Positions 9,953 through 20,583 of a stretch of 64,000 nt of DNA are shown here, piece after piece. The notes beneath the pieces were generated by a model. It was not told the origin of the DNA. It did not search any database and was given only the letters and a program-made list of their open reading frames with translations. Source of the stretch: a virus; IMG/VR virus record IMGVR_UViG_3300042453_004434, positions 1-64,000 of that record; one strand, given 5' to 3'. The translations under genes and the position numbers were made by a program. Positions within the stretch are counted from its first letter, which is position 1; the number at the start of each line of letters is the position of its first letter.

Positions 9953-11019
9953 ATAGCATCTTCTTTAGAAATGCCTAAAATTCTAGCTTTCCAAGAAGAC
10001 ATATTTTCAAGTTTATTAGCTTCTTCTTTAATAACTTGTTTTTGCATTTCAGCTATTTTAATCATCATTTTTCTCTCATTTTCATCTTGAAATAATTCTA
10101 CAAGATTAATGATAGAAGCATTTTTTTGTTGATGTTGTTCAACTCTTCTTGAACGTTCGCCGTTAAGCTTTTGAATAGATTTATCAATACGCTGTGCGCA
10201 TTGATTATATTCTTCGCTAATGGTCTTCAGAATTTCAGTTAAACGTATAGTAAGATCTTTTTGATCTTGAGTATCGTTAAACATTTCATTAACTTTATTT
10301 TTCTTAATATCTATTTGCCGCAAATTAATATAATCCATACAAACATTAATATATAAATTAATTTCATCAATTGTTAGATCAGGCTTATCCCATACCGACC
10401 TTACAAATTCTGCCTCAAACAATTCTTTATCTGTGGAACTAGTATAAGAATCATAATTACCAACAAAACGCGGACTAGCTAAATAAGTTAATAACTTATC
10501 CATATATTTTCTGTGCTGCAAAGAAAGTTTCTCTTCACTCAACTCTTGACCGCACCATCTATTTACTTTATTTATAACTGTTTTGATGGAACGGGGTACA
10601 GAATAACGTTCATTAACGCCAGATTCGTTATCCACTAAAAACTCAGGATATTTTTCTTTTACATATTTATGAACAGCGCGATATTCTGGAGTAATAAATA
10701 TATTTAAATTTTGAACTCCTTGAAACTTTTCATTAAATAAAAGTTCTGTAATTTGTTTTGGAGTTATTCCTGTTTTTATATTCTGGTCAATAAACTCATA
10801 TTGAGTAGAACTAAGGATATCAGTTGTTACTGCTTTAGGTTTATCTTTTTTACCTGCAAGAAATCCACTGTTTACTAGATAATCTCTCACTTCTTTTGCT
10901 TCTTTAGATCGACCAGTTAAATCTTGTCGATTATGAAGCATGTTTGCTATTAAAACATAATCATTATATCCTTGTTCAATTTTTTGTGCGATAAATTTAG
11001 TTTGTTCTTCGTTTAACAT
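9949..11019 (-). CDS. hypothetical coiled-coil protein (small terminase candidate by position)
   Basis: 356-aa ORF in the packaging operon. Confidence 0.5.
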   Translation of the reverse strand: MLNEEQTKFIAQKIEQGYNDYVLIANMLHNRQDLTGRSKEAKEVRDYLVNSGFLAGKKDKPKAVTTDILSSTQYEFIDQNIKTGITPKQITELLFNEKFQGVQNLNIFITPEYRAVHKYVKEKYPEFLVDNESGVNERYSVPRSIKTVINKVNRWCGQELSEEKLSLQHRKYMDKLLTYLASPRFVGNYDSYTSSTDKELFEAEFVRSVWDKPDLTIDEINLYINVCMDYINLRQIDIKKNKVNEMFNDTQDQKDLTIRLTEILKTISEEYNQCAQRIDKSIQKLNGERSRRVEQHQQKNASIINLVELFQDENERKMMIKIAEMQKQVIKEEANKLENMSSWKARILGISKEDAI

Positions 11020-11020
11020 A

Positions 11021-11737
11021 TTATTCGTTAAATATATCGTTTTCCCCTAAAAGAAATTGGGCTTTTAAAAACAACATTTTTTTTAAATTTTTTATTTGCT
11101 TATAACCCGCTTTTCTTCCTTTTTCTGAAGTCTTAAATCTAAGTATTTTAGCGACTTGATCGTCAGTTAAATTATCAATAAAAAACATTTTATAAATAAA
11201 AAAATGTTTATCACTAAGATGAGTTTTCATTAGATCATGCAATTTAAATTCAGCATCTAAATAATCATGATCTCTTGTTGATTCAAAAGCAAAATGATAA
11301 TTTTTATGATTTTCCAAACTGACTGTCATTTTTACATCATATGCGCTTTTCTTAACTTTTTCCCATTTAGCATATAATGGACATTCATCACATTGCTTTC
11401 TGCTTTTTGTAAAACCGCAGGAAAATTCATCGCCTGATTCGCCACCAATATTCTGATTAAATGGACAACACAAACATGGACGAGCAAAAGATGTATAATT
11501 ATTACGTATTATATTTTTGATTTGATTAGTAACTATACGATTAATCCAAGGTTCAATAGGTCTAGATTGATCCCATAAATGCCATTTTCTATATATATGC
11601 AATTTAATAATTTGCTCAATATCTTCAAAGTCAAACCAAGTGATTGCTTTTAGCTTCCATTTGTTTCGGCGTTTCTTGATGACTTTATCAATTGTTTCAT
11701 ACATTTCCTCAAATTTTTTTTTATTGCTGCGTTTCAT
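11021..11737 (-). CDS. RNA polymerase sigma-factor-like protein with a Cys-rich insertion
   Basis: region-2-like DFEDIEQ...WDQSRPIEPWINRIVTNQIKN and region-4-like LSDKH...LTDDQVAKIL, with CLCC...C...CDEC between them. Confidence 0.7.
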   Translation of the reverse strand: MKRSNKKKFEEMYETIDKVIKKRRNKWKLKAITWFDFEDIEQIIKLHIYRKWHLWDQSRPIEPWINRIVTNQIKNIIRNNYTSFARPCLCCPFNQNIGGESGDEFSCGFTKSRKQCDECPLYAKWEKVKKSAYDVKMTVSLENHKNYHFAFESTRDHDYLDAEFKLHDLMKTHLSDKHFFIYKMFFIDNLTDDQVAKILRFKTSEKGRKAGYKQIKNLKKMLFLKAQFLLGENDIFNE

Positions 11738-12107
11738 CTATGTCTTTGGGATTTCTAGAAGGCCGACATTCAGATAATGACTGTTTAAGATATTCTTCCC
11801 TAGAAGGTATTTTAAAATCACTATTAAGATTATAATTTATGCGTTCCGAGGAAGGTGGAACGCTTATGATTTCTGAAACAGAATATTTACTTTTTGATTT
11901 TTCTATTTCGTAACTTAATCTATTTGGTTTGACAAATGTAGTTGGCAAACCATCTTCATCGTATTCAGGTGAACGAACTGAAGATTTCTTGATTTGCTGT
12001 TGATTACTATGCAAAGCAGAAGCGCCAATTTGATTACCACAATTGAAACAAAACTTAGCGCCCAAGTTATTTTTAGTACCACAACTGGTACAATAAATAT
12101 TTCCCAT
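11721..12107 (-). CDS. zinc-ribbon protein
   Basis: YCTSCGTKNNLGAKFCFNCG. Confidence 0.75.
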   Translation of the reverse strand: MGNIYCTSCGTKNNLGAKFCFNCGNQIGASALHSNQQQIKKSSVRSPEYDEDGLPTTFVKPNRLSYEIEKSKSKYSVSEIISVPPSSERINYNLNSDFKIPSREEYLKQSLSECRPSRNPKDIDETQQ

Positions 12108-12119
12108 ACACCTATTATA

Positions 12120-12866
12120 TTAGTGTATAGGTGGTTTATCTAATTTCTTTAATGTATGTATAATATATTTCAATATTTCACTTCGCAAAATATCTTCTTC
12201 ATTAAATTCAAAACAAAAAATACCTTTATCACGACTTTCATCATTATTAAAGATATCATATATTTTCATGAAACCTGATTTATTTCCAACATCAGATTGC
12301 ATAGAATCGCCGCAAATAAACATTTTCGTATTTTCACCAATACGTGTTATAGCTGTTATTAATTCTTTAGTTGAAAAGTTTTGACATTCATCAATTAAAA
12401 CAATCATATCTTTCCAAGTTGCACCTCTAAGAAAATTAACAGGTAAAGCTTCAATTAGTTTTTGCTGCTCAAGATATTTTGTTTGATTTAAAGGAATTAA
12501 TTCATCCAATTTATCATATAAAGGTATCATAAATGGATTAAACTTTTCATCAACAGTTCCAGGTAAAGCTCCTAATGCTCTTTCTCCAGATTCAGCTATT
12601 GTACGAATATATTTAATTTCAGAATGTGCTCCAGTATTAAATAAGTGAAGAGCACAATAAACACTAATGAAACTTTTAGCCGATCCTGCGGGTCCATTTA
12701 TAAATATAATTTTTGTATTTTTATCGAATGCCTTTGTTACGATGTTTTTTTGTTTTTCTGTTAACTTGAAATCTTTGATGTTCAATTTTATATGCTTGAA
12801 GAAATTATCTTCTACGCTTTCATCGATTTCGTGTTTGATGTGTTTTTTCTTTTTTTTACTAGACAT
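12120..12866 (-). CDS. phoH: PhoH family ATPase
   Basis: GPAGSAKS, LGALPG, FLRGAT, IDECQN, TRIGENTK, GDSMQSD, EDILRS. Confidence 0.92.
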   Translation of the reverse strand: MSSKKKKKHIKHEIDESVEDNFFKHIKLNIKDFKLTEKQKNIVTKAFDKNTKIIFINGPAGSAKSFISVYCALHLFNTGAHSEIKYIRTIAESGERALGALPGTVDEKFNPFMIPLYDKLDELIPLNQTKYLEQQKLIEALPVNFLRGATWKDMIVLIDECQNFSTKELITAITRIGENTKMFICGDSMQSDVGNKSGFMKIYDIFNNDESRDKGIFCFEFNEEDILRSEILKYIIHTLKKLDKPPIH

Positions 12867-12892
12867 ACTTCAGTAATGTTTACACTATAAAT

Positions 12893-13936
12893 GTGATATT
12901 TCACTGCTTAAGTATACCTTATTCACCAACTTGTAAAGAATATTCATTATGCGCATTTGTTCAAAAAGTTTATAAATTTTGCGATGAAATGACAAAGCGT
13001 GGTCATACTGTATATCATTATGGTCATAAAGATTCTAAAGTCAATTGCACTGAACATATAACTGTTACAGATAATGAAATTTTAAAAAATACATATGGCG
13101 ATCTCAACGCTTGGAAAACAAAAGGTTATGATCAACATGTTAACAATAAAGCTTTTGATATTTTTAATGATAATTGCGTACAAGAAATAAATAAAAGATT
13201 AAAATCTAAGAATGAATTTATTTTAGCATGGTTTGGTTTTGGTCATGAAAAATGTGCTAAAAATTTTTATGATAAAGCCATAGTAGTTGAACCTAGTATT
13301 GGTTATGATAGCATGTTTGCACCGGTTAAAATTTTTGAAACAAAAAGCCAATTACATAAACTCCACGGAAATCAAAACATATTAGTAAATTTCGGAAAAG
13401 AATTTGTTGTATATCCTGGTTTTGATAAAAATGATTTTGAATATAAAGCACAAAAATCTAATACCGCGCTATTTCTTGGAAGAATAATAAAAGAAAAGGG
13501 CGCACGTTTAGTTTATGATATTTATAATCATATTAAGCAAGATATTATTTTTGCAGGTCCTAATATATTAAATTTAAAAGATACAAAATATTGTAAATTT
13601 GTTGGTTTCGTTGAACCAGAACAAAGAAAAAAATTATTGAGTGATGCAAAATGCTTAATCGCTCCTAGTTTATTTATAGAACCATGTAACTGGACTGTAA
13701 TCGAAGCGCAGTTTTCTGGGACACCAACAGTAACAACAGATTTCGGCGGTTTCACAGAAACTGTTGTACAAAATAAAACAGGCTATAGATGTTTTAGTCC
13801 TAAAAATTTAGTTGACGCAATTTTAAACATACAAAATATTTCACCAAATGATTGTTATCTTAATGCAATAAATAAATACACAATTGAAAAACAATGCAAT
13901 GATTATGAAATAGTTTTTAAAAATTTAATTCACTAA
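12893..13936 (+). CDS. glycosyltransferase, GT-B/family 4
   Basis: FLGRIIKEKG; PSLFIEP...VIEAQFSGTP (EX7E motif). Confidence 0.85.
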   Translation: MIFHCLSIPYSPTCKEYSLCAFVQKVYKFCDEMTKRGHTVYHYGHKDSKVNCTEHITVTDNEILKNTYGDLNAWKTKGYDQHVNNKAFDIFNDNCVQEINKRLKSKNEFILAWFGFGHEKCAKNFYDKAIVVEPSIGYDSMFAPVKIFETKSQLHKLHGNQNILVNFGKEFVVYPGFDKNDFEYKAQKSNTALFLGRIIKEKGARLVYDIYNHIKQDIIFAGPNILNLKDTKYCKFVGFVEPEQRKKLLSDAKCLIAPSLFIEPCNWTVIEAQFSGTPTVTTDFGGFTETVVQNKTGYRCFSPKNLVDAILNIQNISPNDCYLNAINKYTIEKQCNDYEIVFKNLIH

Positions 13937-16900
13937 GCCATTAATTATTATTTCATTGTAATAATCTTTTATATCCCAAAATCTTTCTGTTATATCTACT
14001 CCATCTAATGAAAAAAGTTTAAACGTGATATCTTTATCATTTTTCATTCTTTCTAAAGTTTTATAAACTTCATGCCTTGGAAAATAATCGCCAAGGAAAT
14101 GAATTTCTCCTGAAAATTTTCTGACGGATTTCTTGAATAAATTATAATTATCATTCAAAATTAATCTTTCATAAGCTTCAATATCAAATTTTAGAAAATC
14201 AATTTTTTTATTAATTAACGAGATCAAATTTTCAAATGTTATAGATGACACCTTTTGAACAGCGTTTTCATGAAAAATAGATTTAAAATTTTGCACGTCT
14301 AACTTATCAGACAAAAAAGCATTCATTATTATAGGATTATTATCATTTGATAAATTAGAAACAAAATCATTAATGCAATCAACACTCGCATCAATGCCTA
14401 GATAAGTTATATTCTTATTTTTATTTTTAAGATATAAATAACCTTTAGAACATCCTAAATCAACTACAAAATCATTTTCTTCAATTTTTTGATACAGTTC
14501 ATATTGGTTATGCAAAAATATTTCATTGAACACAAAAGAATCAAGATTTTTATAATTCGCTACATCAGCACCATCGTAAATTATACTATCAATTTGTTTT
14601 TTAACATCAGCAAAATATATATTTTTTGAACATTCAAATTGACGATCTGTATTTTGATGTCTTGGGCACCAATTCCAAACCCCTTTGTTAAACTGGTAAT
14701 TAGTATCATTCCAGCAACCATTACATACATTTAAATTAGTAACTCTATACGGAGTATTAAATTCAGTAAAAGCTTTACTGAAACCATTAATCATAATTAC
14801 TTTTTTACCCAAAGCCCAAGCTAACCAACTGATACCAGATCCTAGACCAATATAAAAATCACAATAATTTAAATAATCTAAACAATCATTTAATGTATTT
14901 GTTTTTGGATGTATTACATTATTTAATCCTTTCAAATCCATATAATTCAACGGTTCTTTTTGAATTACAACAACTTGATATCCTTTTTGATTTAAATAGT
15001 CTACAGTTTGCTGCCAACCCTCAGAATTTTGCCAATGCTTAAGAGCAGCAGTTGAAGCTGTTGTTATGCAAACATATTTGCCATCAATTTTTCGAGTAAC
15101 TTTAGATATGTCGATTTTAGGCTTTATTTCTTTATATTCTAAACCTAATATTTCTGCTGCCACCTGCTGTAGATTTTGAGTCCTATTATCTTTTGGTGTA
15201 GAATTTAAATCATTTGAATTAAAATAACCTAATTGATAAGTGGCATAGTAAGATGTATTTATAACTCCGTAATTTTTGAAATTAATTAAAGGATATTCAT
15301 TTGCAAATAATTCTTTATTAGGCGTATAAAAATCAAGAAAACAATCATGCTTTTTTCTAAACTCTTCAACATAAGGCATCCAAGCTATCAAATCACCCAA
15401 AGATGGCGACTCATTAATAATACAAACTCTTTTATATTTTAAATTTATACTATTTTCGTAAACCAATTTTGAATCGCTATTAACCTGAATATACCAATTG
15501 ATATAATATTTAATATTTGGCATGGTCCACATATTATTTGTAATATTAGACTCATAAAGCAATTGATTATTAGTTTGATTAAAAAATTTAACATTATAAT
15601 TTACATTTTCGTTTCCTGATATTTCTAATTTGCAACCATTATTATAATCAAGTTTGAATATGTTACTATGAATTTTATAGTCTATATGCTTAACGTCAGT
15701 GGTTTTATAAATATCAATTAATTGATCTTTCATTTTATTTTCGTTATTATAATAAGATAATAATTGTAAAATTATGTTAGTCCATGATTTTTTATCGATA
15801 TTTTCTTTTATTTTTTCTCGATAAAAATCATAATTAGTAATAACCTCACAAATTGCAGAAACAATATTATCAACATTTCTTTCAATTCTATTTAAACCTA
15901 TTAATTCATTATTTTTTTCAAAAGTAGAAAGAACAGGTAATCCACAAGATAACGCTTCTAACAATGTTAAATTAGGATGACCAGCTTCTAAAATAGATGG
16001 ACTTAAAAATACTGTATGAGATTGGTATAGTTTAATTAAATCATTTTCATTCAAATCATAAATTATATTTAATTTATCATAATTACAATTATAGCGTTCA
16101 AAGAATTTTTTATTATTAGATGGACCAGCTACTGTTATTGGTAAATTCAATATTTGCGCCGCTTCTATAGCATAACTAAAACCCTTTCTGTCTTCAGATG
16201 CATCATGAATAAATCCATTATTTGCGACACATAATAATTTATGATCCTTGAATTTATTATCTACATTTTTAAAAACCTCAGTGTTTACACCATGACTTAA
16301 ATAATTTAAATTTGGTAAATCAAAATATTCCACCAAATATTTTGCCGGAACAAATGATTTAACTGAATATTTTATCGCTTCATAGTTTTCTTTGAAACAA
16401 AAAGAATCTTTTCCATATAAATATGCATGATGATCATGACAAGTAAAATAATATGGTATGTTTCTGCTTTTGGCAAGTAATGCTAAATTAGCCATATGAA
16501 TATGTACAATATCGCCTTCTTTATAAACTAAATCATCTAAATAAACGATTTGCGAATCAAAACCTAATTTTAATAATGATTGATGATATTCCCAAATTAT
16601 TTTCTCTGTAGCGCCCCAACCATTAGGTGGTATAGGTAACATACCAGTATGGATATTTGAAATTTTTATCGCGTCAATTTCTTGATTTTTTAAATAAATA
16701 ATGCATTTATTTATTTCAGTAACAGATTTACAACCGTGAAAAAATTTAACATCATTTTTATCGCTTGGAATAACATGCCACGGACAATTTTTTACAAAAT
16801 GAGGTTTATTTTCAGCCTTATAAAAATCATCTATATCAATAATCGATCCAACATTATAATAACTTAGCGGCAATTGTTTCTTAGCGTTGATCTGCCATAA

Positions 16901-17566
16901 TTTTAAATTTAATATTGTTTCATCATGATATGGAGCATATAAAACATGATTTTCAATTATTCTTTTATCAGCAGCCAATATTTGACAATCCATGAAAAAA
17001 TCTTTACAAGATGTATTGAATAAAAAATAACCACTTTGCACATAATGCATAGATCTATTTTTTATATTCAACATATCCATTGATTCTCTCTCTAAAACAT
17101 CAGCGATAAATGGATCTCCTTTTCCATTCCACATCATATATTCAAAAACCCCTTTAGTTACTAAAGGATAATTTTCTATTTCATTCAAATAAGAAAAAAC
17201 TTCATCAACATTTTTTCTTACAATTGAATCACAATCAATAAAAAATCCCTCCGCTAAACCATTTGATAAAGCATCTAAAACAATGTCAAATTTTTTTACT
17301 AATGCGTGATAAGTATTGACATCTTCGCGATTTACTATTCCTATGTTATTTTTATCTTTGTAATATTTAATAAAATTAGGATTTTCAATGTCGATATTCA
17401 TTTTAACAGCAATAATGTTTGATAGATTTGTGTTTAAATTAAAATTATAAGTATAAACTATTAACTTATAATCAGAAAATAAACCTAATGTTTCAGCTAG
17501 TTTTATAACTAAATCAGCATAGATTTCATTAGCAAAAGTAATATAAGCTCTTTTAGGTAATTTCAT
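13925..17566 (-). CDS. multidomain glycosyltransferase: GT-A-like + GT4 + Aah/TibC-like heptosyltransferase + FkbM-like methyltransferase
   Basis: FIDCD (DXD); IPPNGWGATE and EAGHPNLTLLEALSCG; SLGDLIAW, YIGLGSGISWLAWA and CNGCW...WCPRH...FEC; VVDLGCSKG and FLKFDIE. Confidence 0.85.
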   Translation of the reverse strand: MKLPKRAYITFANEIYADLVIKLAETLGLFSDYKLIVYTYNFNLNTNLSNIIAVKMNIDIENPNFIKYYKDKNNIGIVNREDVNTYHALVKKFDIVLDALSNGLAEGFFIDCDSIVRKNVDEVFSYLNEIENYPLVTKGVFEYMMWNGKGDPFIADVLERESMDMLNIKNRSMHYVQSGYFLFNTSCKDFFMDCQILAADKRIIENHVLYAPYHDETILNLKLWQINAKKQLPLSYYNVGSIIDIDDFYKAENKPHFVKNCPWHVIPSDKNDVKFFHGCKSVTEINKCIIYLKNQEIDAIKISNIHTGMLPIPPNGWGATEKIIWEYHQSLLKLGFDSQIVYLDDLVYKEGDIVHIHMANLALLAKSRNIPYYFTCHDHHAYLYGKDSFCFKENYEAIKYSVKSFVPAKYLVEYFDLPNLNYLSHGVNTEVFKNVDNKFKDHKLLCVANNGFIHDASEDRKGFSYAIEAAQILNLPITVAGPSNNKKFFERYNCNYDKLNIIYDLNENDLIKLYQSHTVFLSPSILEAGHPNLTLLEALSCGLPVLSTFEKNNELIGLNRIERNVDNIVSAICEVITNYDFYREKIKENIDKKSWTNIILQLLSYYNNENKMKDQLIDIYKTTDVKHIDYKIHSNIFKLDYNNGCKLEISGNENVNYNVKFFNQTNNQLLYESNITNNMWTMPNIKYYINWYIQVNSDSKLVYENSINLKYKRVCIINESPSLGDLIAWMPYVEEFRKKHDCFLDFYTPNKELFANEYPLINFKNYGVINTSYYATYQLGYFNSNDLNSTPKDNRTQNLQQVAAEILGLEYKEIKPKIDISKVTRKIDGKYVCITTASTAALKHWQNSEGWQQTVDYLNQKGYQVVVIQKEPLNYMDLKGLNNVIHPKTNTLNDCLDYLNYCDFYIGLGSGISWLAWALGKKVIMINGFSKAFTEFNTPYRVTNLNVCNGCWNDTNYQFNKGVWNWCPRHQNTDRQFECSKNIYFADVKKQIDSIIYDGADVANYKNLDSFVFNEIFLHNQYELYQKIEENDFVVDLGCSKGYLYLKNKNKNITYLGIDASVDCINDFVSNLSNDNNPIIMNAFLSDKLDVQNFKSIFHENAVQKVSSITFENLISLINKKIDFLKFDIEAYERLILNDNYNLFKKSVRKFSGEIHFLGDYFPRHEVYKTLERMKNDKDITFKLFSLDGVDITERFWDIKDYYNEIIINGLVN

Positions 17567-19482
17567 TGAGATTTAAAAGCGTAAAAGAATCCTGTATCAG
17601 ATTTAAAAAAAGGATCATCTTTGTTTATAATAACATATTTTAAATTTTTAAATCTATCAACAATCTTTGAAATATTTTTTGTTAGCGCCCAATGATATTC
17701 AATAATATATTTTTTGCATTTTAATATATTATCATCACTCATATCGTCAATCACATCATATTCAACTCCTTCAATATCCATTTTTATCAAATCAATATTA
17801 TCTACGTTTAAATTTTTAATAAAATCAGACATTTTAACAACATCTACTTCTTCTTCATTCATATTATGATGAGTGTATGGATGAACTTCAGAAATAAAAC
17901 CGCTTATTGTAGAATTATCTTGAACAGATTTAATTTTTGATTTGCCGTTAAAATTGTGAATGGCGATTTTATGAAGTTCAACATTCTTTTTATCTTTGAA
18001 AACGCTATTTAACTGATCAAAAGCTTTTTTAGTAGGCTCAACACAAATAACATTTTTACAATTTTTTTGTAGCATATATAATGAAAATAATCCAACGTTT
18101 GCTCCTATATCAATGACTGTATTTAAATTATTTAAATCACAAAAAGAATAAATATCGTCATAGAACATCTGTTTATAATTTATGTATAAACAATCAAATG
18201 GACTAAACTTTGCATTTAAAACAACTGGCATATAGTTCAAGTCTTTGACTTTAATTTTCTTTTTACCTACATAGTTTTTATTTAAATCGTAAAATTCAAT
18301 CAAAAAAGTGCTGAAAAAACTTTCGGATGTGAAGTCTCTATCGCCATTTGGAACAATAAACCATGATTTAGTTCCAGTAAAATCAACTTCACAATGATAC
18401 ATTGGTATATTTGTAAAATAATCTTTAACAGAAACTAAATATTTAACATTAGGTCCATGATTAGTTAGTTCTAATCTATTTGGAGCATTAAAAACTATAT
18501 CAATCGGCAATTCTTTTGTATAAAAACCTTTTATCATTGATAAATTGTGGTCAAAATTATCAGATAAATATGTTATATTTTTATATTCATCATACATTCC
18601 ACAATATACCGGCAAATTATACATCAAAATAGGCATTCTCCAACCAATCGCTTCTCTTAATACTAAAGGATTTGTTTCTTTATCATGAGCTGTGCCTTTT
18701 GATGTGAAGAGGAATATATCCATAGCATTATAAAATGTGTCAACATCTTTTCTTTCTCCCCACCATTTGCAGTTTGATGGAAAGTCTTTCATCAATGGTT
18801 CCCAATATTCTCTAAAATTATCAGCTTGATTACCGACAAAATGAAACTGCACCGGTTCGTTCAATAGTTCTTTTGCGTACTGAATGATTTCTTTTTGATT
18901 TTTGCGTGAAGTAAATAAACCAACGTTTAAGAAATGTACTTTATTAACATCTAAGCCTAAATTTTTTAAAGCTTCCGTGCGATCTGTTTTTATCTTATAT
19001 TCTATAGGATACAAAACAACATCTGATGGTATATTTAATGGCGCAAACATTTGTTTTTGATATTCGCTTACAAATACAAAACGATCTGGGTAAAAACATT
19101 TATTTTGTATTTCAAAACTACTATCATGAGATGTTTCAATAATCTTATATCGGCGGTTCTTATTGTATATGTTTTTTGCTATATCATGATTACAAAAGTA
19201 CTCTGGCATTTCTTCGAAATGTACAATATCAGGATTGATAGAATTAATATGATTAATCAATTCTGCTTTATTTTCACCAAGTGTTATTAGTTTATTACCT
19301 AATATTTCTTTAATTTGATTTCGTTGTACTACGAGAACACCCCCTGTTATATCAGAATATTCAATACAATATATATCACAATCATTTTTTAGTTCTTGTA
19401 TTTTTTTGAGTAAATATTGTGGACCGCCACCGGTTGACAAGTGCGGAGTAATAAATAATACTTTGAATTGATTATTTGACAT
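17563..19482 (-). CDS. GT4 glycosyltransferase fused to an FkbM family methyltransferase
   Basis: PHLSTGGGPQY, RKNQ, ETNPLVLREA; VIDIGANVG, LIKMDIEGVE. Confidence 0.85.
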   Translation of the reverse strand: MSNNQFKVLFITPHLSTGGGPQYLLKKIQELKNDCDIYCIEYSDITGGVLVVQRNQIKEILGNKLITLGENKAELINHINSINPDIVHFEEMPEYFCNHDIAKNIYNKNRRYKIIETSHDSSFEIQNKCFYPDRFVFVSEYQKQMFAPLNIPSDVVLYPIEYKIKTDRTEALKNLGLDVNKVHFLNVGLFTSRKNQKEIIQYAKELLNEPVQFHFVGNQADNFREYWEPLMKDFPSNCKWWGERKDVDTFYNAMDIFLFTSKGTAHDKETNPLVLREAIGWRMPILMYNLPVYCGMYDEYKNITYLSDNFDHNLSMIKGFYTKELPIDIVFNAPNRLELTNHGPNVKYLVSVKDYFTNIPMYHCEVDFTGTKSWFIVPNGDRDFTSESFFSTFLIEFYDLNKNYVGKKKIKVKDLNYMPVVLNAKFSPFDCLYINYKQMFYDDIYSFCDLNNLNTVIDIGANVGLFSLYMLQKNCKNVICVEPTKKAFDQLNSVFKDKKNVELHKIAIHNFNGKSKIKSVQDNSTISGFISEVHPYTHHNMNEEEVDVVKMSDFIKNLNVDNIDLIKMDIEGVEYDVIDDMSDDNILKCKKYIIEYHWALTKNISKIVDRFKNLKYVIINKDDPFFKSDTGFFYAFKSQ

Positions 19483-19802
19483 TATAGATTAGCTTCCTTT
19501 TTGATAAATTGTTTAATCATTGTAGTGAAAAACTTCTCAAATCCTAGTTTTTTTATGCATTCGCTTATTTTTTTTGATGCAACCATTTTACCCACGATCT
19601 CGCCTTCTATATACTCATATTCTTCTTCACCGCAATCACAGAAAATCTCTGGATTTTCTACTTCCATAACAAGAACTTCGATGCTTGTTATATCTTCTTT
19701 AAAATCTGAGAAGTTGATTTTTGTTTTATAAACGCCTTCTTCGTCTGGTATTGCCGCCATTTTAGTACCGCGACCGTCTTTATATATCAATATATAGTTC
19801 AT
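19482..19802 (-). CDS. hypothetical protein
   Basis: 106-aa ORF whose stop overlaps the next start. Confidence 0.6.
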   Translation of the reverse strand: MNYILIYKDGRGTKMAAIPDEEGVYKTKINFSDFKEDITSIEVLVMEVENPEIFCDCGEEEYEYIEGEIVGKMVASKKISECIKKLGFEKFFTTMIKQFIKKEANL

Positions 19803-19844
19803 TTAATATATACTATTATATGATATACAAATATACTTAACAAC

Positions 19845-20261
19845 TTAATCTTTATGTAATTTTATATATTGTATAGCGTTATCTAGTATAAATAAATCAT
19901 CTTTAAAACAACCTAACCCACGATTACAAGTATGACATATATAACCTCTAAATTTACCTGTTTTACTATCGTGATCTAATACCCACGGACCATTATTTTT
20001 ATTGCCTTCTGAAGCGCATTCTTCAGCATCTCGATGGCATATGAGACATTTATAATTGGGATCAACAGGTGCGGGGTTCTGTGATTTCAACTCTTTTCTT
20101 ATTTTGACTTGTGCTTTTTCACATGTTCTACATTTAGATCTTTTATAATTGCCGCCCGATGCATACGAGAACTCGCACAGGTGCAAAGCACGGTGGCATG
20201 AAGTACACACTTTTAATTCAATAAACGCTTTTACATATATATCTAAAAAATTAAAATTCAC
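19845..20261 (-). CDS. endonuclease VII domain (His-Me finger) protein
   Basis: CLIC...VLDHDSKTGKFRGYICHTCNRGLG; the start codon is uncertain. Confidence 0.85.
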   Translation of the reverse strand: MNFNFLDIYVKAFIELKVCTSCHRALHLCEFSYASGGNYKRSKCRTCEKAQVKIRKELKSQNPAPVDPNYKCLICHRDAEECASEGNKNNGPWVLDHDSKTGKFRGYICHTCNRGLGCFKDDLFILDNAIQYIKLHKD

Positions 20262-20566
20262 TGTAAGTCGGCGGCTATTATATTATTCTACTTTCTTTTT
20301 GCAAGATAAAAAAGCAGGGTTGGAACAAATTGTGTCGTATTTTTTTTGACTTTAACAAAGGAGATAATAGAAAATGTAGATATATATTTTTAAAAAAGGG
20401 GGGAGGGGTATTATATGTATATTTTTATATATATGTTTATATATCATGGGACATATAAATAGAGGAATATAATGAAATGGGACAAAATGGATTAGAGATT
20501 GAGGAAAACCTCCCCCCACCGCAACGCGAAACAAGCAAGTCAAAAAATTTTTGAAAATTGGGGGGG

Positions 20567-20583
20567 TTGGCACGATACTTGCT
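20567..20583 (+). promoter_or_regulatory. sigma54 consensus site (first of many)
   Basis: TTGGCACGATACTTGCT = TGGCAC-N5-TTGC. Confidence 0.7.
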
